Shown in pieces: positions 43,215 to 48,852 of a stretch of 48,852 nucleotides of DNA. Below the pieces are notes generated by a model. It saw only the letters and a program-made list of their open reading frames with translations, did no database searches and was not told the DNA's origin. The stretch's first letter is position 1. Each line of letters opens with the position of its first letter. Location of the stretch: IMG/VR virus record IMGVR_UViG_3300010399_000003, positions 1 through 48,852 of that record. One strand, 5' to 3'. The position numbers were made by a program, and so were the translations under genes. This stretch comes from a virus.

Positions 43215-45418
43215 CAGTTTAAATCCCCATGAGCAATATCACTGTGTTGATCACCATGTGGCGTATCGGTATGCAACACATCCGTGTGAGCAACGTCGCC
43301 GTGCGCAGTATCAGCATGTGCTGAATCGGAATGTGCTGTATCTGAGTGAACACCGTCTGCATGAGCCGCAATATCAGAATGTGCTGTATCAGAATGTGCT
43401 GTATCGCCGTGACTAACGTCAGCGTGCGCCACGTCAGAATGTGTGTTGACTAAGGCGACATCCGAATGCGCAGTATCCGAATGTGAATCTACGTGTGCCG
43501 AGTCACTATGTGAATCACTGTGCGAATCGGTATGCGAATCACCATGCGCAATGTGACCAGGTGAATCGAAAAATTCTTCACGATCAACGTGCGAATCAGA
43601 GTGAGAATCTTCGTGTGCGATATCAGAGTGAGCTACGTCGGAGTGGGAATCAGAGTGAGCTACGTCGGAGTGCGCCGTATCACCATGCGTATCACTATGT
43701 GCAGTATCAGTATGCGCGCGGTCTGAATGAGCAGCGTCGCCATGAGCAACGTCTGAATGAGCGACGTCACCGTGCGTTCCAGCATCTGCATGTGCAGCAT
43801 CACCATGGGCAACGTCCTGATGTGCATCATCAGTATGCGTATCGGAATGAGCTATGTCTCCGTGTGCAGTATCCTGATGCACGTCAGAATGAGCCACATC
43901 TGTATGACCAACGATCAAACCAAATCCAAGTCGCGTTGATCCATCAAGTTCGGAAAGTCCCTCGATTTCCAATAACCAAAATGCCGTTGAATCAGCAGGG
44001 ACAAGTGTAAATTCGGTTCGGAGTGTATTATCTTGTTCCGTCTCAGTGATTGAATTAATGTAGAATGAACGCGTGATACCAGTCACGTAATCCGTCAGAC
44101 CAATACGATCACTGATGTCACGATCAAGGCTTCTTGCTAATTCTAATGCATCGCTATTCAAGCCAACAAAACGAACGAGACCCGAAACTTGTGTTATCGG
44201 AAAGGCCATAGAAAAAACGAAATATTGCGCAGCTTCCAATCCAAATCGTGGATCAGCTTGATACACCATATCAATCTGTTGCACGATTGGACCATACTGT
44301 GCAATACTCGTATCGTCTTTCCACTGCATGACAGTCGCACCATAATCATACAATGGTTTCCCGCGTTGTTGTAGTTTCGTCAAATAGCCAGTCACACCTC
44401 CGTTGTACGTCACAGAAAATTCTGTCGCGTTTCCAGAAAAACCAATCGTCACCGACACAAAACCTGTCAGATTCGTTCCGCTTCCATCACTCGCCGTATT
44501 TGCTGTGTAATCGGTAGTCGCTGTGATTGGTGCTAAATCAGCAGCGCCAACACGAACGTCTGGATTATCTGGATCTGTCCAAGGCCCAAGAATTGTAATA
44601 GTCTGGCCAGGGATTAGCTCCATTGGTTGTTTCATCGAGAACATGACAACGTAGCTGGAGCCAGGCACCCGAGGATGAACAGTTGATTGAACCTTGTTGA
44701 TCAGACTAGTACGATCTCGATCGGCGACAAACCCAAAATGATCATCATACACATCAGCATTAGTTGCACTGATTGCACGACGGGTTCTGGATTCATACAC
44801 AACAGTTCCGTCACCACGTATCCAGCAACGATCTAAACCACTAATGCATAGACGATAAATTTCATCGCGAAGCACTGTCTGTTCATCTCGTGTACGATCC
44901 AGTGAATACGGAAAAATATCAGCACTCAAATCCATTTCCAATGCGTCAGGCTGGCTGACGATCGGAATTGAATCAATGAGGACCTGGAAAATCTCGTCAC
45001 CTCGTTTGTTGATTTGTACTGGAAGATTTTCTAATCTCGTTCGCTGTGCAACATCCATCCAATCGACAACTTCACACGATACCGTACGAGGACCGTGCCG
45101 ACCAGTGATTGGAGTGATTGAATCTAACACGCCAGTAAATCGGATGATACTGCCGATTCGATAGCGCACACGGATATTCAATTCAAATCCAGATCTCCTA
45201 TTTTCATGATCTGGACTGTAATATCCGATTAATCCAACACTGTTTCGTTCGCTATTGTCGAGTGAAAAGGACAGAGTGCCGATATCGGCTACAAGATCAA
45301 GAATGGAAGAACCAGGGAGACCACGATGCCACGTGATGCCAGGACCACGAAGCACATCGGTAACGGTCGTCCAACCATTACCACGGCCGCTGAATTCCAT
45401 TTCAATGATGCCACTCAT
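43214..45418 (-). CDS. tail protein (Dit-like position after TMP) with a C-terminal His-Xaa-Asp pentad-repeat domain of about 230 aa
   Basis: 734-aa ORF whose start overlaps the TMP stop. The last 230 residues hold about 46 HxD motifs at roughly 5-residue periodicity (TAHSDVAHSDSHSDVAHSD...). Confidence 0.75.
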   Translation of the reverse strand: MSGIIEMEFSGRGNGWTTVTDVLRGPGITWHRGLPGSSILDLVADIGTLSFSLDNSERNSVGLIGYYSPDHENRRSGFELNIRVRYRIGSIIRFTGVLDSITPITGRHGPRTVSCEVVDWMDVAQRTRLENLPVQINKRGDEIFQVLIDSIPIVSQPDALEMDLSADIFPYSLDRTRDEQTVLRDEIYRLCISGLDRCWIRGDGTVVYESRTRRAISATNADVYDDHFGFVADRDRTSLINKVQSTVHPRVPGSSYVVMFSMKQPMELIPGQTITILGPWTDPDNPDVRVGAADLAPITATTDYTANTASDGSGTNLTGFVSVTIGFSGNATEFSVTYNGGVTGYLTKLQQRGKPLYDYGATVMQWKDDTSIAQYGPIVQQIDMVYQADPRFGLEAAQYFVFSMAFPITQVSGLVRFVGLNSDALELARSLDRDISDRIGLTDYVTGITRSFYINSITETEQDNTLRTEFTLVPADSTAFWLLEIEGLSELDGSTRLGFGLIVGHTDVAHSDVHQDTAHGDIAHSDTHTDDAHQDVAHGDAAHADAGTHGDVAHSDVAHGDAAHSDRAHTDTAHSDTHGDTAHSDVAHSDSHSDVAHSDIAHEDSHSDSHVDREEFFDSPGHIAHGDSHTDSHSDSHSDSAHVDSHSDTAHSDVALVNTHSDVAHADVSHGDTAHSDTAHSDIAAHADGVHSDTAHSDSAHADTAHGDVAHTDVLHTDTPHGDQHSDIAHGDLN
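43217..43915 (-). repeat. imperfect coding tandem repeat (about 15-nt period) encoding the HxD pentads
   Basis: The DNA shows reiterated gaatgtgctgtatc / gagtgagctacgtcg-type units. Confidence 0.8.
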
Positions 45419-48400
45419 GCCGTCCGCAATCCGACTAAGCCAGTAGCGATCGCACGAGACATAGCACGCGGCAGCGATGTTTTCAAATCTGAGCGAAGAC
45501 CGTTGATAGAATCGACGACTTCCTCATTCGACGGCATCTCCGGGAAACCACCCTGATTCAGTTGACGCAAACCTTCATTGCCGAGTCGTTCCATGCCTTT
45601 CGTTGTAACAATGCCCTCGCCAGGTGTAAGCATCGTCGCCACTGTATCCGAACCTCTCGCAGGCCACGGACCTTCGAGCACCGGTCCGCCAACGGCCAAG
45701 TATTGCACACCGGATGCCGTGACGCGACCGCCACGCGATGCGTAATCAGGGATGTCCGGCGCAATGTAATGACCTTCAATCTGGATATCGAAATCCTTGG
45801 GGATTTTATCCAGTTCCGTCTTCATATTCGCGGCAGTCGTTTTAGTCTGTTGCTCCATTGCACGAAGACCTTCAGGGATCTTCGCACCGAGCGCGTCACC
45901 GATTGCCATCAGCACGTCAAGGATCTTTTGATTATCCGATTTCGCCTGTTCACCGATGAGCCCGGATTGCACGCCTTGATCAATCAATGCTTGCGTCGAT
46001 TCATCGACGCTGTAGCCGTAGCGCTGCTGCATCTCCCAGATTGTTTGGAGATCACCACGCATCGCAAGCATCACAGTGTCACTGGAATAACCCTGTGCCA
46101 CCAACGCTTCTTCAGTCGCGGCAATCTGACCGGCCAGACCTGAGAATGTCTCCTGATTCAGGATACCAGCGTTGCTCAGACCGATCATACCAGCGGTGTA
46201 GCCTTCAATGGATTCGAGTGCCGGACCCGCGATTTCATCATTCGCGAAATCAACCATGTTCTTGATGAAATCGAATGCAGCACCTCCAGTGTAACCAGTC
46301 GCTTCCAACTGCGCCTGCAACAATTCGACGTTTGGACCAATCGCCCTGACCGACTCGATAAATGATTTGCCAGCCTCCATGTTCGCCGAGACAATACCAG
46401 CCAACGAACTAGCAACTGCACTCGCGGCTTCTTGTGAATGAAGTCCGGTCACTTCGATAATTCGATCATTGTTCTCGATCTGATCATGCAACGCCATCAA
46501 GCCCTTGTATTCAGCTTCGTTCTTCGCAATGATCTGATCAATCTGGATTTGAATTGCCATTTTATGCCCAAGATCCGCCTTGGCATACTTGGCTTCGAGA
46601 TCCATGATTTTCGCGATGTCTAGGTATTCATCCTGATCCATTTCCGCGCGGCGCTTGGAGAATTCCGCTTGTTGTTTCGCCCGATCTGCGTATGCATTAC
46701 CGGTGATTCTCAATGCCGCACTGAAACCAGTCTGCGCATTAGTTAGCTGACCGGATACATATGCGGCGATCTCTTTCGATTGAGTTCCGTATTGTCCGTT
46801 CAGCTTGATGATTTCAACAAGCTGTTTATCCAACATCCCAAGATTGTTGGTACCAGCTTGTGCAAATTGCGCAAAGTTTTCATCCATGACTTTCGCACCT
46901 TGTGCGATCGTCATTTGATGTGTTTCAATCAGTGAGAACACATCGTGGAATCTATCCGTCATTTGTGCTAGATTATCTTTTGAGAGACCTCCGGCTTCCT
47001 TGATGATATCAGATAAATGCGATATTGCCGCGGCCTGCCGACTTCCTCCGAAATCTTCCTTTGCAGATTTTGCAATCGCCTTCGCAAGATCGTCTGAAAT
47101 CTTCTCACCAAAATCCCGCCCGACTTCTTCCGCAGCCTTGGCCCACGCAGGTTTTCCACGAATGATGCCAACCACCAAACCAGCCGCTGCGCCGACAGCC
47201 ATTCCATAAGGCCCGAACATCGAACCAGCCTGAGCCCCAGCCATCATACCACCAAGTGCGTTACCGGCGGCAGATGAATGTGCGGAAGTCGCGTCCCAAA
47301 CCGCAATTGCACCTTGAGCGATACCAGCTGCGGTTTGTACACCAGCAGCGAACTTCTGCATCCTGTCGGCATTATCATTGAAAATCGTGCTCAGCGGTCC
47401 GAAGTGACCACCAAGTTCATGACCATCAATACCAAGTTGTTTTGATTGCTTATGCGCACTTTCAAGTCCGACAACAACTTGTCCAACTCCGCTGAGTATC
47501 GCACCCATCATCCCGCCGGTCACTTGACCAAGTTTGGTGAAATACTCGGAGATCGTCGCAAGTGACTCAGATGCCCGTCTTTCTGCAGCTGCCAATTTAT
47601 CGAGTTTGATTCTCAGTTCGTCGATTTCTGTAGACTTACGACCGACATCTTCCAAACTTAGCGCCATGTTATAGAAGCCTTGTAATGGCGCAGGAATACT
47701 CCGTTCAACCATTTTAAGTCCAGCAGCAACTTCCACCTGCGTCCGAACCCATTTCAATTCAGTCTCGTCGACTTCTAAGAGTTTTGAATGGAATCCCTTC
47801 AATTCACCGAATTGAATCTTAACGAGCTGCGCACCAATTTTCTTTTGCTCAGCCCATTGTTTTTCTGCATATACAACGCTTTCAACAATGGGTTTTGTTA
47901 CGCTGTATGCCGCGGCGATTTCAGCAATTGATTTACCACGTGCATGATCAAAGGCGATTCCTTCATATAACGTCGCGCCAATTTTGGCCATGACGTTTTG
48001 ATAATCGCCAAGTTTTGCATTGTAATTCGTCAAAGCCGCTTCGATTTTTGTCTGTTCGGCTGCGGATTTCTTGAGTTCCGTGATGTAGGCTTTCGTTGCC
48101 GCTTCTGTCGCACCAGTGACTTTGAGGATTTCCTTTATCGACTCGGTGTTCATAGCCACGCGAGTATATTCTTTTTGTGCTTCAGTCAGCGGCGTTAACG
48201 CAGCATCTTTCAAAGATTTCAATTTCTGTGACATCAAATCGGCACCAGCCGCACTGTTCGCCATGGATGCTGCAACAGCTTGTAGTGCAGGATGCCCAGC
48301 CAGAGCCTCTTTATTTACTCCGGCGATAGCAACTCCAACCTGTTTCATTAATGGCGTCGAAAAATTATTCGCTTTTGCCGTCGCCATCACTGAACGTTCA

Positions 48401-48798
48401 AGTTCGTCGAGTTGCGTCGCCGTGTGTCCAGAATTACTTGATAGATCTGAAATCGCTTCTTGTAAATCTTTCGCCCCACCGTGCGCTTTACGAAACTGTT
48501 CGTTATTGAAAGCAATTGCTTCGGCGTAGCGTTTGGCTTGATCTGTTTCGGTTGACGACCAACCATCTTTCAGAGCTTTATTCAATACGAATTGTTTGGC
48601 TGCAGCTGTTTCTGTTTGTAATTGTGCTTCTGCAGTCGCCTGCCGCCAACTTGTATAAGCCAAAGTCACGCCAGCAATCGCAGCCGCGATTGCCACAAAT
48701 GGATGTGCCAAAATGATATTGTAGAGTTTGGTAAAAGCTGCACCGAGATTCGCCAAAGCTGCTTCACCGAGTGTTCCCCATCCAAACGCTTGGGTCAT
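45415..48798 (-). CDS. tail tape-measure protein (possibly 5'-truncated by the window edge)
   Basis: 1127 aa, alpha-helical and rich in Ala, Gln and Lys, with Gly-rich hydrophobic segments (GGMMGAILSGVGQVVVGL; GAAAGLVVGIIRG). The frame stays open upstream of the ATG to the window end. Confidence 0.8.
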   Translation of the reverse strand: MTQAFGWGTLGEAALANLGAAFTKLYNIILAHPFVAIAAAIAGVTLAYTSWRQATAEAQLQTETAAAKQFVLNKALKDGWSSTETDQAKRYAEAIAFNNEQFRKAHGGAKDLQEAISDLSSNSGHTATQLDELERSVMATAKANNFSTPLMKQVGVAIAGVNKEALAGHPALQAVAASMANSAAGADLMSQKLKSLKDAALTPLTEAQKEYTRVAMNTESIKEILKVTGATEAATKAYITELKKSAAEQTKIEAALTNYNAKLGDYQNVMAKIGATLYEGIAFDHARGKSIAEIAAAYSVTKPIVESVVYAEKQWAEQKKIGAQLVKIQFGELKGFHSKLLEVDETELKWVRTQVEVAAGLKMVERSIPAPLQGFYNMALSLEDVGRKSTEIDELRIKLDKLAAAERRASESLATISEYFTKLGQVTGGMMGAILSGVGQVVVGLESAHKQSKQLGIDGHELGGHFGPLSTIFNDNADRMQKFAAGVQTAAGIAQGAIAVWDATSAHSSAAGNALGGMMAGAQAGSMFGPYGMAVGAAAGLVVGIIRGKPAWAKAAEEVGRDFGEKISDDLAKAIAKSAKEDFGGSRQAAAISHLSDIIKEAGGLSKDNLAQMTDRFHDVFSLIETHQMTIAQGAKVMDENFAQFAQAGTNNLGMLDKQLVEIIKLNGQYGTQSKEIAAYVSGQLTNAQTGFSAALRITGNAYADRAKQQAEFSKRRAEMDQDEYLDIAKIMDLEAKYAKADLGHKMAIQIQIDQIIAKNEAEYKGLMALHDQIENNDRIIEVTGLHSQEAASAVASSLAGIVSANMEAGKSFIESVRAIGPNVELLQAQLEATGYTGGAAFDFIKNMVDFANDEIAGPALESIEGYTAGMIGLSNAGILNQETFSGLAGQIAATEEALVAQGYSSDTVMLAMRGDLQTIWEMQQRYGYSVDESTQALIDQGVQSGLIGEQAKSDNQKILDVLMAIGDALGAKIPEGLRAMEQQTKTTAANMKTELDKIPKDFDIQIEGHYIAPDIPDYASRGGRVTASGVQYLAVGGPVLEGPWPARGSDTVATMLTPGEGIVTTKGMERLGNEGLRQLNQGGFPEMPSNEEVVDSINGLRSDLKTSLPRAMSRAIATGLVGLRTA

Positions 48799-48852
48799 GA
48801 CACTCAGTTTGAAAATTTCAGCGGCAAGACTCGCTATCCAACCACCAAGTTT

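Noticed and set aside
43217-43915. CRISPR-like array
   Set aside because: The repeat is short-period (15 nt), imperfect, in-frame and entirely coding (the HxD pentads), with no spacers.
43483-44010. 175-aa + strand ORF rich in His, Gln and Arg
   Set aside because: Lies inside the HxD tandem-repeat DNA on the opposite strand. The repeat periodicity creates an open antisense frame.

Overview
The window reads as a mosaic tailed dsDNA phage (or prophage) segment with two transcriptional blocks. Bases 1 to about 35.6 kb lie on the + strand. They carry roughly 90 tightly packed, mostly small early-type genes, many translationally coupled through ATGA or TAATG stop-start overlaps. Recognisable products in this block are:
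- three HNH endonucleases;
- a ThyA-family enzyme with an unusually long C-terminus;
- a DnaQ-like 3'-5' exonuclease;
- a cold-shock protein;
- an SNF2-family helicase;
- a TraR/DksA-like zinc finger;
- an ATP-dependent DNA ligase;
- an SF1 (Dda/RecD-like) helicase;
- two HExxH metallopeptidase-like proteins;
- a SWIM zinc finger;
- a NADAR protein;
- a SpoT-like HD hydrolase;
- many zinc-ribbon or Cys-rich small proteins.
Bases 35.8 to 48.85 kb lie on the - strand and hold a tail and lysis module: a tape-measure protein (possibly running off the window edge), a tail protein whose C-terminus is about 46 pentad repeats of His-Xaa-Asp, a radical-SAM/SPASM enzyme, a SAM-methyltransferase-domain protein, a tail fibre, an SLT lytic transglycosylase, a beta-helix-like tailspike candidate, an HExxH protein and a papain-like (C1) peptidase. 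The most unusual signal is the adjacency of the HxD-repeat domain to a radical-SAM/SPASM maturase-like gene plus a methyltransferase inside a tail module. It is reminiscent of the bacterial 'His-Xaa-Ser' repeat and radical-SAM maturase systems. Other notable signals are a five-copy conserved intergenic cassette (stop, CTAGAAAC box, GC hairpin, GAATGAACCGGCCTGAGGAGGTTCC box, start), a recurring GATTTCCAAACTTAGG motif, a roughly 1 kb structured non-coding region (11.2-12.2 kb), a low-GC two-gene islet (7.95-8.65 kb) and candidate anti-defence genes (NADAR, SpoT-like HD). No tRNA, rRNA, CRISPR array, integrase, capsid or terminase genes were recognised. All functional calls rest on motifs read by eye, with no database search.
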